A DNA stretch of 40,965 nucleotides from a virus (lineage: Duplodnaviria; Caudoviricetes). Where the stretch lies: the IMG/VR virus record IMGVR_UViG_3300048574_000501, positions 1 to 40,965 of that record; one strand, given 5' to 3'. How positions within the stretch are numbered: position 1 is the first letter of the stretch; each line of letters starts with the position of its first letter. The position numbers and the translations under genes were made by a program. Below are positions 1-8,281 of the stretch, one piece after another. The notes under the pieces were generated by a model that had not been told where the DNA came from, ran no database searches, and saw nothing but the letters and a program-made list of their open reading frames with translations.

Positions 1-430
1 TTGATAGAGATACTGTTTTCAGCAATCCTTGACGGCCTAAACAATTTATTCCTCCTGCTAGGCTATGTTTCAAATGTAAATTCCTTCCCTCAGCCTTTAA
101 GTTCTGAGGAGGAACTATACTATACCGAAGCATATAAAAATGGTAGTGAGGAAGCAAGAAACATTTTGATTGAGAGAAACTTAAGGCTTGTTGCACATAT
201 TGTAAAAAAATACGGTTCTTGTGGCAATGATAGCGATGACCTTATCTCGATAGGTACTATTGGTTTAATTAAAGCAATATCAACATTCAACATGGATAAG
301 GGTACACGTCTTGCAACATATGCTGCCAGATGCATAGAAAATGAAATTCTAATGCAAATTAGAGCATCTAAAAAGATACAGAATGAAGTTTCATTACAAG
401 ATCCGATTGGAGTCGACAAAGAAGGCAACG
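1..430 (+). CDS. sigK: RNA polymerase sporulation sigma factor SigK, 5' part (pro-sequence, regions 1.2-3); the unrecombined ORF reads on into attL and stops at 462
   Basis: Hydrophobic pro-peptide then [70 protein letters not shown]. Similarity ends abruptly after GNEI. Confidence 0.96.
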
Positions 431-459
431 AAATACCATCCACATGTTGTATATTAGTT
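420..459. other. attL of the sigK-intervening element
   Basis: AGAAGGcAACGAAAT (420-434) is repeated at 40677-40691 (14/15). ACATGTTGTATATTAGTT (442-459) is the exact reverse complement of 40659-40676. Confidence 0.93.
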
Positions 460-482
460 TAGATCCTTTAAAATAAAGGGTT

Positions 483-2027
483 TCAGAAATGAGAAATTTT
501 CGGATAGAGCTTGATTCTAAAGTTATCCACTTTAGCGTCAGGCTCTTTATTGTATCCAACTTTAATCAGAATAGATTTGAGAAGTAGATTTTTATCCTCG
601 GGCGAATCAATTTTATAATAGGCGTCCAATACGCTTCTTAGCATAGTGAGGTATTCGGTGCTAACTGCATTAGTAGATTTTATCTGTAGTATTTGATTTT
701 TTGATTCTCCAATAGATGATTGTAAAACTTCAAGTCGTTCTTGAATTGAGGTTGAACGCTCAGTAAAGGTGGCAACGTCATAAATACCCTGTTCAAGCAG
801 ATCAAATGTTTTTACACGTTGCTGTTCAAGGGTTTTACTTTCATTTTCCAGATTAGCAATATTTTTTTCCAGTAGAGAGAATTCCACAGTTGATTCGATG
901 TCTGTTTTTTTATTGGATGCGTCAACAAGTAGGTTATTATAATATTCCTCCAGTTCCTTCAAAATCAGTTCTTCTACACTTTTAAAAAAATTACTTTTCT
1001 GGCCGCAGTTTTTAGGGCACATTATTCTCGGGGGCTTTTTACCAACCGGGCGTTTAATCATTTTGGCTCCGCATTTGTCGCATATCAGGAGACCGGCCAA
1101 AGGGTTTGTTACTCCGTTTTCAAGCTGATAGGGAACATGGTATTTACAGGCAAGAAGCTCTTGAGCTTTATTAAATATGGATTCATCAATAATTGCAGGA
1201 TGCTTGCCTTCACTGATAATCCATTCTTCCTGAGGGCGTGTATAAACATCTCTCTTTTTCCCTGGAGTTTTACTCTTTCGGATGCATTTTTTCTTCCATA
1301 CAATTTTGCCTATATATACAGGGTTTTTAAGATAGTTGGTTATGCTTGACTTATCCCATTTTTTACCCGTATATGATTTAATACCGAGTCTATCAAGTTC
1401 ATTGCCTATTTTACTGCAGCCCATGTTCTGATTAACATACCAATCGAATATCATCTGTATTACTTTTGACTGCTCAGGATTAGGCTTTAATACTCTTGTT
1501 TTTTTGTCTATCCGGACAATATCATAGCCATATGGGGGGCGGGTGGCAATATAATTGCCTTCCATAACAGATTCTGTTCTTCCACCCTGAAGGCGTTTAT
1601 TGATCATTTTATATTCCTTGCGGCTCATAAATGCTTCAAATTCGCTGTATTCCTCGTCAAATTCGTCATTAAGGTCATATGTTTTTTTAGGAGTGATAAT
1701 TTTAGCATTGGACTTTTTAAATGTTTTAAGAATGATGCCTTGCTCTTCCATGTCGCCACGGCCAAGACGCTGTATATCCATGACAAGTACACCTTCGCAT
1801 AGACCCGCTTCAACGTCTTTTAGGACTTCAAGCATTGCTGGCCGGAAAAATAATTCTTCTCCGGAGACTAGTTCTTCATGAATTTTATGTATAGTATAGC
1901 TTTCTTCCTTGGCCAGACGCAATAAAACTTTCCGATGTCGGGCAAGGGTTTCACCCTGGCCTAGAGTTTTCTCCAACTCTTCATCGGCTCTGGATTTTCT
2001 TAAATAAATATCGACAATTAAAGGCAT
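483..2027 (-). CDS. Large serine recombinase (SpoIVCA/CisA-like integrase)
   Basis: N-terminal resolvase motif IYLRKSR (catalytic Ser), DIQRLGRGD, recombinase domain PPYGY...NPVYIG, zinc ribbon LAGLLICDKCG...C, and a coiled coil. Adjacent to attL. Confidence 0.95.
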   Translation of the reverse strand: MPLIVDIYLRKSRADEELEKTLGQGETLARHRKVLLRLAKEESYTIHKIHEELVSGEELFFRPAMLEVLKDVEAGLCEGVLVMDIQRLGRGDMEEQGIILKTFKKSNAKIITPKKTYDLNDEFDEEYSEFEAFMSRKEYKMINKRLQGGRTESVMEGNYIATRPPYGYDIVRIDKKTRVLKPNPEQSKVIQMIFDWYVNQNMGCSKIGNELDRLGIKSYTGKKWDKSSITNYLKNPVYIGKIVWKKKCIRKSKTPGKKRDVYTRPQEEWIISEGKHPAIIDESIFNKAQELLACKYHVPYQLENGVTNPLAGLLICDKCGAKMIKRPVGKKPPRIMCPKNCGQKSNFFKSVEELILKELEEYYNNLLVDASNKKTDIESTVEFSLLEKNIANLENESKTLEQQRVKTFDLLEQGIYDVATFTERSTSIQERLEVLQSSIGESKNQILQIKSTNAVSTEYLTMLRSVLDAYYKIDSPEDKNLLLKSILIKVGYNKEPDAKVDNFRIKLYPKISHF

Positions 2028-2084
2028 GTAAAAATACGCCTCCTTTCACAGAAAATTAGAAATAGATTATATAGAATTATATGT

Positions 2085-2555
2085 TTAAACAATTTTCTTA
2101 AAGACTCCTAATGGATCAAAATAAATTATATACTCATCTTTTAAATGGTATAAACCATATTTTTCTTGATAGTGTTTTATGGTATCATTAATAAAATCTT
2201 CAGTCACATCCAGAAATTGCGAGAGTTCATATCTGTTCTTGATACCGTTGTTATATGCTTTTATAAAAGCTGACAAAGGAATAAGTTTCTCATATGCCCA
2301 GTTTCTTGCTCGTTTTTCTTGCTTTCTACTTTCAGTCTTATTTTGATCTATAATATCACCATGAGAAGTAAAGTAATGCCCTAATTCTTCAGCTAAGATG
2401 CATGTTTTCTCAATTGATGTACAAGTGTATTTATTTATTCCAATTTTATTATTTTTGATAAGACCTTTTGAAGATGATTCAAATGCGACTTCTTTTACTT
2501 CTATTTCATTATTGCATGCTTCATCTAAAAGTTGTTCGTATCTCAAAATAATCAC
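2085..2555 (-). CDS. ImmA/IrrE family metallo-endopeptidase (anti-repressor)
   Basis: CILAEELGHY (HEXXH-type variant) and KQEKRARNWA. Lies between the repressor and the integrase. Confidence 0.85.
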   Translation of the reverse strand: MIILRYEQLLDEACNNEIEVKEVAFESSSKGLIKNNKIGINKYTCTSIEKTCILAEELGHYFTSHGDIIDQNKTESRKQEKRARNWAYEKLIPLSAFIKAYNNGIKNRYELSQFLDVTEDFINDTIKHYQEKYGLYHLKDEYIIYFDPLGVFKKIV

Positions 2556-2561
2556 ACTCCG

Positions 2562-3068
2562 TTAAAGTTTGTCCAAATCTCGTCTAACCTTTTTCTGTTC
2601 TTCTAGATCTTTTAATTTATCATTATGAGCGGCTACAAGGTAAACTTCTTTATTTTCTTTAGTATAAAATTCATTACATCTGTTGAATTCCATCTGAAGA
2701 ATAGTTTCTATAGCATGCTTGCCTTTTTCATCAAGGAAGCGATATTTATATAAAAGATTTTTTTCTGTATCAGAAAGTTTCAATTGGTTATTGTTTTCTG
2801 AAATAGATTCGGCCTCTAAGTTTTCATACATCGGAACATCATAACCCATAAGCCATACTTCATTAACTCCAAGTGCCTTACCAAGGATTGCGAGCTTATC
2901 CTGTCCTGGCTCCACAAGGCCAGAAACGTATTGACTTAAATCAGATTTATTCATTTTAACATTATACTTTTGACAATAAGGTTTTGCCATGTCTAATATA
3001 TCCACTTGTCTTAAGTTACGAGATTCCATAATTTCTTTAAGTCTATCAGAGGTACTCAATTTTTCCAA
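2562..3068 (-). CDS. XRE-family phage repressor (ImmR/CI-like); likely TTG start at 3068
   Basis: HTH (RQVDIL...KSDLSQYVSG...LGVNEVWLMG) and a C-terminal AAH motif typical of ImmA-cleaved repressors. RBS AGGTGGAG precedes TTG 3068. Confidence 0.85.
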   Translation of the reverse strand: MEKLSTSDRLKEIMESRNLRQVDILDMAKPYCQKYNVKMNKSDLSQYVSGLVEPGQDKLAILGKALGVNEVWLMGYDVPMYENLEAESISENNNQLKLSDTEKNLLYKYRFLDEKGKHAIETILQMEFNRCNEFYTKENKEVYLVAAHNDKLKDLEEQKKVRRDLDKL

Positions 3069-3130
3069 ATCATCTCCACCTTTCCAGATGAATATATCAC
3101 TTTTTGAACAAAAGTTCAATAGAAAGTTTT

Positions 3131-3214
3131 AAAAGTTAAAAAGATTTGAACTTTTTTATTGACTTAACTATAACTGGGTGGTATATTTTAATTAGTTCAA
3201 ATGAATTGAACTAA
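3131..3214. promoter_or_regulatory. Genetic switch: operators AGTTCAA-N5-TTGAACT plus a rightward sigA promoter
   Basis: Palindromes at 3131-3155 (1 mismatch) and 3192-3214 (perfect 9-bp arms). Promoter TTGACT (3159-3164)-17 bp-TATATT (3182-3187) with an extended TG. Confidence 0.75.
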
Positions 3215-3227
3215 GAAAGGGGGGGAG

Positions 3228-3458
3228 ATGGATATGGCATTTAATTACAATAAATTGCGGGGAAGAATAGTTGAAAGATTTGGTACACAATCAGCATTTG
3301 CAAAGGCCCTAGGCGTGTCAGAAAGAACTTTATCTCTGAAGCTTAATGGTAAAATCTACTTTGCTCAGGATGAAATTGTATTAGCTGCAGAACTTTTAAA
3401 AATATCAGAACCAGATATACAAATATATTTTTTTACGCAAGAAGTTCAGAGATGTTGA
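3228..3458 (+). CDS. Cro-like XRE regulator (DUF739 family)
   Basis: FNYNKLRGRIVERFGTQSAFAKALG...LKLNGK. Divergent from the repressor. Confidence 0.85.
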   Translation: MDMAFNYNKLRGRIVERFGTQSAFAKALGVSERTLSLKLNGKIYFAQDEIVLAAELLKISEPDIQIYFFTQEVQRC

Positions 3459-3462
3459 ACTT
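3442..3462. promoter_or_regulatory. Third operator copy at the end of cro
   Basis: AAGTTCAG-AGATG-TTGAACTT. Confidence 0.65.
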
Positions 3463-3555
3463 AATAACAATGAAAATGTCAAGTAAGGGAGGATCAGCAA
3501 GGATAGGAATAGTGTACAAACAGGCCTTAATAAGTATAAAAGAGGGGGTGGTTTT

Positions 3556-3723
3556 TTGGGCACTGCAGAGATTATTCCGCCCGACATCACACCGGAAGAA
3601 AACCAGAAACGAATTAGAGATCTGGAGCAAGTTCTATCAAATATCTTCAATTGCGAAATCACTGTAAGGTGGAAGACACCTGAGGAAATAGCATATGAGG
3701 GTAAAAACGAGAGAAGTTTGTAA
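3556..3723 (+). CDS. Small hypothetical protein, 55 aa (not in the ORF track)
   Basis: RBS GAGGGGGTGG then TTG. Translates as MGTAEIIPPDITPEENQKRIRDLEQVLSNIFNCEITVRWKTPEEIAYEGKNERSL. Confidence 0.6.
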   Translation: MGTAEIIPPDITPEENQKRIRDLEQVLSNIFNCEITVRWKTPEEIAYEGKNERSL

Positions 3724-3797
3724 TTTTTTTTAACCATTAAGTAGACATGCAGTTAAAAGAAGGACAAGCAAATTCATACAAAAAGGTAGGTGTAGAT

Positions 3798-4049
3798 ATG
3801 TATAGGTGGTACAGAAAAATGCAATGGAGGCTTAGCTTATTGTGGTATCGAGTAAAACTTTGGCTAGGATGGTGGTATTGCGAACATTGTGAAAAGATGC
3901 ATTCTCCATTTACAGCTAAATACGATTTTAACAATTCTGAGGAATACGAGTGTTGTAAAGGTGTTTATGATTTACCGGTTCTAAAAGCATACGAGAATGA
4001 TTCAGAGTACTTTTATGAATTAACTAAAAAACTGTATAAAGTGGGGTGA
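3798..4049 (+). CDS. Hypothetical Cys/Trp-rich protein (likely start ATG 3798)
   Basis: RBS AGGTAGGTG before MYRWYRK. Contains CEHC...H...CC. Confidence 0.55.
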   Translation: MYRWYRKMQWRLSLLWYRVKLWLGWWYCEHCEKMHSPFTAKYDFNNSEEYECCKGVYDLPVLKAYENDSEYFYELTKKLYKVG

Positions 4050-4054
4050 ACTAA

Positions 4055-4240
4055 ATGAAACACGGTAAGGTACCAACGGTAGCTCAAAAAAAACTTATTG
4101 CTGTCCACAAGTATAAAAGTACATATCTAAACCCGAATAACTGGCTAGTGATTAAGAGTCTACCCCATGTACTTGTAATAAGGCACAGGCACAACAACAC
4201 CATTATCAATATACCAAGAGGAGGTGAGGAAAATTTATAA
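4055..4240 (+). CDS. Small phage hypothetical protein
   Basis: MKHGKVPTVAQKKLI...LNPNNWLV is a recurrent pattern in Firmicute phage early genes. RBS GGGGTG. Confidence 0.7.
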   Translation: MKHGKVPTVAQKKLIAVHKYKSTYLNPNNWLVIKSLPHVLVIRHRHNNTIINIPRGGEENL

Positions 4241-4241
4241 A

Positions 4242-4391
4242 ATGTCAAAGGAGGAATTTGTAACAAAAGCAATAGCCGATCTTGCAGCTATAAACAAAAA
4301 GCATATCCGGGATGCAGATTATTATCACATGGCTGCAATTGGTAAACAAAGAAAGGCCAGACGCCGGATGAAGGCACAAAGAGCAATTTAA
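4242..4391 (+). CDS. Small basic hypothetical protein, 49 aa (not in the ORF track)
   Basis: RBS GAGGA. MSKEEFVTKAIADLAAINKKHIRDADYYHMAAIGKQRKARRRMKAQRAI fills the gap before abrB. Confidence 0.55.
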   Translation: MSKEEFVTKAIADLAAINKKHIRDADYYHMAAIGKQRKARRRMKAQRAI

Positions 4392-4418
4392 AAATAATAT
4401 TTTAGGAGGTCAAGAATT

Positions 4419-4667
4419 ATGAAATCTACAGGAATTGTAAGAAAAGTTGATGAGCTAGGAAGAATTGTTCTACCAAAGGAATTGAGGAGAACAATGGATA
4501 TTGCAGAAAAAGATGCTTTGGAAATCTATGTTGATGATTCAACAATCATTTTGAAAAAATACGAGCCTGCATGCATATTCTGCGGTAATGCAAAAGACGT
4601 ACAAGTTTATAAAGGAAAGAATATTTGCCCTGACTGCATGAAAGAACTGAAGGAGGCTAAAAAATGA
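4419..4667 (+). CDS. abrB: AbrB-family transition-state regulator
   Basis: MKSTGIVRKVDELGRIVLPKELRRT swapped-hairpin domain and a C-terminal CIFC...CPDC. RBS AGGAGG. Confidence 0.9.
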   Translation: MKSTGIVRKVDELGRIVLPKELRRTMDIAEKDALEIYVDDSTIILKKYEPACIFCGNAKDVQVYKGKNICPDCMKELKEAKK

Positions 4668-4951
4668 GGGCTACTTACAAAATATGCGGACAACCTTGGA
4701 GTGTAAGCATACGTAAAAATCTTAATAAGCCCTATGTTTGTCCAAAGTGCTCAAAAATTCAGAAAATTGCATTAATTGTTATTGGTTTTATTATTAGCTG
4801 TCTTCTGGTACCAAAACTAAATAGTATTGCAAACTATCAACGAGGATACCGAGCTCTGGGAGGAGAGATATTTGTACCGGTGCTGTACCTAGTTATAATA
4901 GCCTTCATTAAGGAAGTTTCTAATCAAAAAAAAGAAAACGCCCATCAATAA
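4664..4951 (+). CDS. Hypothetical membrane protein with a zinc-ribbon-like N-terminus
   Basis: ATGA overlap with abrB, CPKC motif, two hydrophobic segments. Confidence 0.6.
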   Translation: MRATYKICGQPWSVSIRKNLNKPYVCPKCSKIQKIALIVIGFIISCLLVPKLNSIANYQRGYRALGGEIFVPVLYLVIIAFIKEVSNQKKENAHQ

Positions 4952-5015
4952 TAAGGCGTTAAACAAAAAAAATATCAATTCCAGTATACACTGGGGAAAG
5001 AATGAGGTCAAGAGC

Positions 5016-5828
5016 ATGAAAGGTTATAAAGGATTTGACAAAAATCTGAAATGCAGAGATTTTCAGTATGAAGTTGGAAAGGACTTTGAACACGATGGAC
5101 CAGTAGAAACTTGTAATAGCGGTTTCCACTTCTGCGAAAATCCTATGGATGTGTTCAGCTATTATTCACCAGCTGATAGCCGTTTTTGTGAAGTTGAAGG
5201 TACTGGCGAGATTGACAAAAAATCAGATGAAGATAGCAAAGTTGCAGTCTCCAAACTTCATATATCTATGGAAATAGGACTGAAAGGAATTATTGAGGCT
5301 GGTGTTAAGTTTATCCTGGACAAGGTCAACTGGAAGGACGCAAAGGAATCAAACACAGGAGATCAGTCAGCAGCGACCAACACAGGAGATCAGTCAGCAG
5401 CGACCAACACAGGTTATAAGTCAGCAGCGACCAACACAGGTTATAAGTCAGCAGCGACCAACACAGGAGATCAGTCAGCAGCGACCAACACAGGTTATAA
5501 GTCAGCAGCGACCAACACAGGTAATTATTCAGCAGCGACCAACACAGGAGATCAGTCAGCAGCGACCAACACAGGAGATCAGTCAGCAGCCACTGTGGAA
5601 GGAAAGGAAAGCGTTGCTTGTGCTCTTGGTATTGATAATAAAGTCAAAGGTGCTATAGGGTGCTGGTTAGTTGTAGCTGAGTGGTTTAGAGACTCCGAAT
5701 GGGAATGGCATCGTAAAGATGTTAGATGTACTTTGATAGACGGAGAGACTATTAAGGCAGATACATGGTACAAACTCAAAGATGGTGTATTTATTGAAGT
5801 TTCAGAAGAAAGTGAGGAGAACGATTGA
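5016..5828 (+). CDS. Phage protein with internal 9-aa tandem repeats
   Basis: KGYKGFDKNLKCRDFQYEVG...GFHFCENP N-terminal domain (common in phages), repeat block, C-terminal DGETIKADTWY. Confidence 0.8.
   Translation: MKGYKGFDKNLKCRDFQYEVGKDFEHDGPVETCNSGFHFCENPMDVFSYYSPADSRFCEVEGTGEIDKKSDEDSKVAVSKLHISMEIGLKGIIEAGVKFILDKVNWKDAKESNTGDQSAATNTGDQSAATNTGYKSAATNTGYKSAATNTGDQSAATNTGYKSAATNTGNYSAATNTGDQSAATNTGDQSAATVEGKESVACALGIDNKVKGAIGCWLVVAEWFRDSEWEWHRKDVRCTLIDGETIKADTWYKLKDGVFIEVSEESEEND
5352..5594 (+). repeat. 9 x 27-bp coding tandem repeat (NTG[DQ/YK/NY]SAAT)
   Basis: Unit AACACAGGAGATCAGTCAGCAGCGACC with variants, read directly from the sequence. Confidence 0.95.
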
Positions 5829-7129
5829 TGGATACTATCAAAATAAATAAGCTAGAAATTGAAAACGTAAAGCGTGTAAAGGCTGTCAAGATTGAGCCTA
5901 CAGCAAACGGACTTACGATAGTAGGAGGTAAGAACAATCAGGGCAAGACTACGGTTATTGATTCTATCGCTTGGACTTTGGGCGGGGATAAATTCCGTCC
6001 TTCTGATGCCCAGCGTGAAGGCTCGGTTATTCCTCCAACATTAAATATCACTTTGAGTAACGGTTTAGTAGTTGAGAGAAAAGGTAAAAACAGCGATTTA
6101 AAGGTAACTGATCCTACAGGTACAAAAGCCGGCCAGCAGCTCCTAAATGAATTTGTTGAGCAGTTGGCGCTTGATCTTCCAAAATTCATGAATTCATCCA
6201 ACAAGGAAAAGGCTGAAACGCTTCTCAAAATCATCGGAGCTAGTGCTCAACTTGCTGAATATGAGCGCCAGGAGAAGGAACTGTATAACAGACGTCTTGC
6301 TATTGGTCAGATTGCTGATCAGAAAAAGAAGTTTGCTAAAGAGCAGCCATATTATACTGATGCCCCAAAGGTACCGGTATCTGCATCAGAATTAATCAAA
6401 CAGCAGCAGGATATACTGGCCCGGAACGGTGAGAACCAGAAGAAACGTCAAAATCTTAAATATATACAGGATCAGAGGCAAAGATTAATAGATCAGGAAA
6501 ATGAACTTATTGCAAGACTGGCAGAAGTACGACAGAAACTTGAGCTTAATAGTAAAGACCTAGAAATCGCTGAGAAATCAGCTTTGGAACTGTATGACGA
6601 ATCAACGGCAGAACTTGAATCCAATATTGCCAACATTGAGGAACTCAATCGTAAGGTCAGAGCCAACTTAGATAAAGATAAAGCCGATGATGATGCTCTG
6701 GACTATGCAAATCAGTACAATGCTCTCACCACTCAAATTGACAATGTAAGGCAATCAAAAATCGATTTGCTGAAGAATGCGAATCTTCCATTGCCTGGAC
6801 TATCTGTCGAGGATGGAGAGCTTACCTATAACGGTAAGAAGTGGGACTGCATGTCTGGATCCGAACAGCTCAGGGTTGCAGTAGCAATTGTTCGTAAACT
6901 TAACCCAAAGTGCGGATTTGTGTTGATGGACAAGCTTGAACAGATGGACTTGGATACTCTTCAAGAATTTGGACAATGGCTTGAGCAAGAAGGTCTCCAG
7001 GTGATTGCAACAAGGGTAAGCACTGGTGATGAATGCAGCATCATTATAGAAGATGGTTACTCTGCAAATGAAAAGCCAAGTGAATCTATTACAGATAACG
7101 GTCAGAAATGGAAAGCAGGTGAGTTTTAG
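5825..7129 (+). CDS. SMC/Rad50-like AAA ATPase
   Basis: IENVKRV, Walker A GKNNQGKT, long coiled coil, signature MSGSEQ, Walker B FVLMD. Confidence 0.85.
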   Translation: MMDTIKINKLEIENVKRVKAVKIEPTANGLTIVGGKNNQGKTTVIDSIAWTLGGDKFRPSDAQREGSVIPPTLNITLSNGLVVERKGKNSDLKVTDPTGTKAGQQLLNEFVEQLALDLPKFMNSSNKEKAETLLKIIGASAQLAEYERQEKELYNRRLAIGQIADQKKKFAKEQPYYTDAPKVPVSASELIKQQQDILARNGENQKKRQNLKYIQDQRQRLIDQENELIARLAEVRQKLELNSKDLEIAEKSALELYDESTAELESNIANIEELNRKVRANLDKDKADDDALDYANQYNALTTQIDNVRQSKIDLLKNANLPLPGLSVEDGELTYNGKKWDCMSGSEQLRVAVAIVRKLNPKCGFVLMDKLEQMDLDTLQEFGQWLEQEGLQVIATRVSTGDECSIIIEDGYSANEKPSESITDNGQKWKAGEF

Positions 7130-7131
7130 AA

Positions 7132-8259
7132 ATGGAAATAGCTAGAGGCGTTATTAAAAGCGCACAAAAGATTGTAATTTATGGCCCTGAGGGCATAGGA
7201 AAGTCAACCTTTGCGTCCATGTTTCCGAATGCCTTATTTATCGACACAGAAGGCAGCACAAAATACATGGATGTTGCACGTCTACCGAAGCCATGTAGCT
7301 GGAGCATGCTTATGGATGATGTCCGTCACGTTTATGTACATCCAGAAGTATGTAACACGCTGGTAATTGACACAGCTGACTGGGCTGAAAAATTATGTTC
7401 TGAAGATCTATGTGCAAAGTCACAGAAAGCAGGAATTGAAGATTTTGGCTATGGTAAAGGTTATGTTTATCTTGTAGAAGACTTCGGGAAGCTTTTGAAC
7501 ATGCTTGAAGAAATTGTGAACATGGGAGTCAATGTAGTCTTTACAGCGCATGCACAAATGAGGAAGTTTGAGCAGCCCGATGAAATGGGTGCTTATGACC
7601 GGTGGGAAATGAAATTGCAGAAGAAAACTGCTCCGCTGCTAAAGGAATGGGCCGATGCAGTATTGTTTGTTAACTACCAAACATATGTTGTGAATGTTGA
7701 TGGACAGGGAACATCAAAAGGCAAGAACAAAGCTCAGGGCGGCAGAAGAGTAATGTATACCAGTCATCACCCTTGCTGGGATGCAAAGAACAGATACAAC
7801 CTGCCTCCAGATGTTGACTTTGACTATTCTGTGATTGCTCCTTATATACCTGTGAAGGGTTCGGCAGTCCCTGTCCAATACGTCACAACTCAGCCAGTAC
7901 AGCAACAGAATGTTCTTGCGCCTGTAGTTTCTGATGATAAGTCGGTTAATGAACCAATTCAGCAGCAGCTACCTATGGAATCTCCGCAACAACTACCACC
8001 TTCGGAACATCAAACAACTCCAGCAGTAACCAATGAAGAGCTGTCTGATGTTCCAAAAGCACTGGCAGCACTGATGAAAGAAAAACAAGTAGCTCTAAAA
8101 GAAATCCAGGAGGCAGTAGCATATAAAGGATATTTCCCTGCAGATACGCCATTTAAAGCATACCCAAATGAATTCGTATCAGGTGTACTTATAGCAGCGT
8201 GGCCACAAGTTTTTACAATTATTGAACTATTAAGAAGCAAAGAAATAGCACCATTCTAA
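7132..8259 (+). CDS. Sak4-like (AAA_24) ssDNA-annealing ATPase
   Basis: YGPEGIGKS, FIDTEGS, LVIDT, GYGKGY, AKNR. Confidence 0.85.
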   Translation: MEIARGVIKSAQKIVIYGPEGIGKSTFASMFPNALFIDTEGSTKYMDVARLPKPCSWSMLMDDVRHVYVHPEVCNTLVIDTADWAEKLCSEDLCAKSQKAGIEDFGYGKGYVYLVEDFGKLLNMLEEIVNMGVNVVFTAHAQMRKFEQPDEMGAYDRWEMKLQKKTAPLLKEWADAVLFVNYQTYVVNVDGQGTSKGKNKAQGGRRVMYTSHHPCWDAKNRYNLPPDVDFDYSVIAPYIPVKGSAVPVQYVTTQPVQQQNVLAPVVSDDKSVNEPIQQQLPMESPQQLPPSEHQTTPAVTNEELSDVPKALAALMKEKQVALKEIQEAVAYKGYFPADTPFKAYPNEFVSGVLIAAWPQVFTIIELLRSKEIAPF

Positions 8260-8281
8260 AAAATATGAGGAGATCAAATTT

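Noticed and set aside
3405-3737. Overlapping ORFs 3405-3737(-), 3433-3630(-) and 3452-3667(+)
   Set aside because: They lack convincing RBSs or motifs; the 3556-3723 frame has a strong RBS and fits better.
5352-5594. Regular repeats resembling a CRISPR array
   Set aside because: The units are contiguous, in-frame 27-mers with no unique spacers, and no cas genes are present.
5293-5658. Alternative-frame ORF with QEISQQRPT repeats
   Set aside because: It is a shadow of the stop-free tandem repeat inside 5016-5828 and has no RBS.
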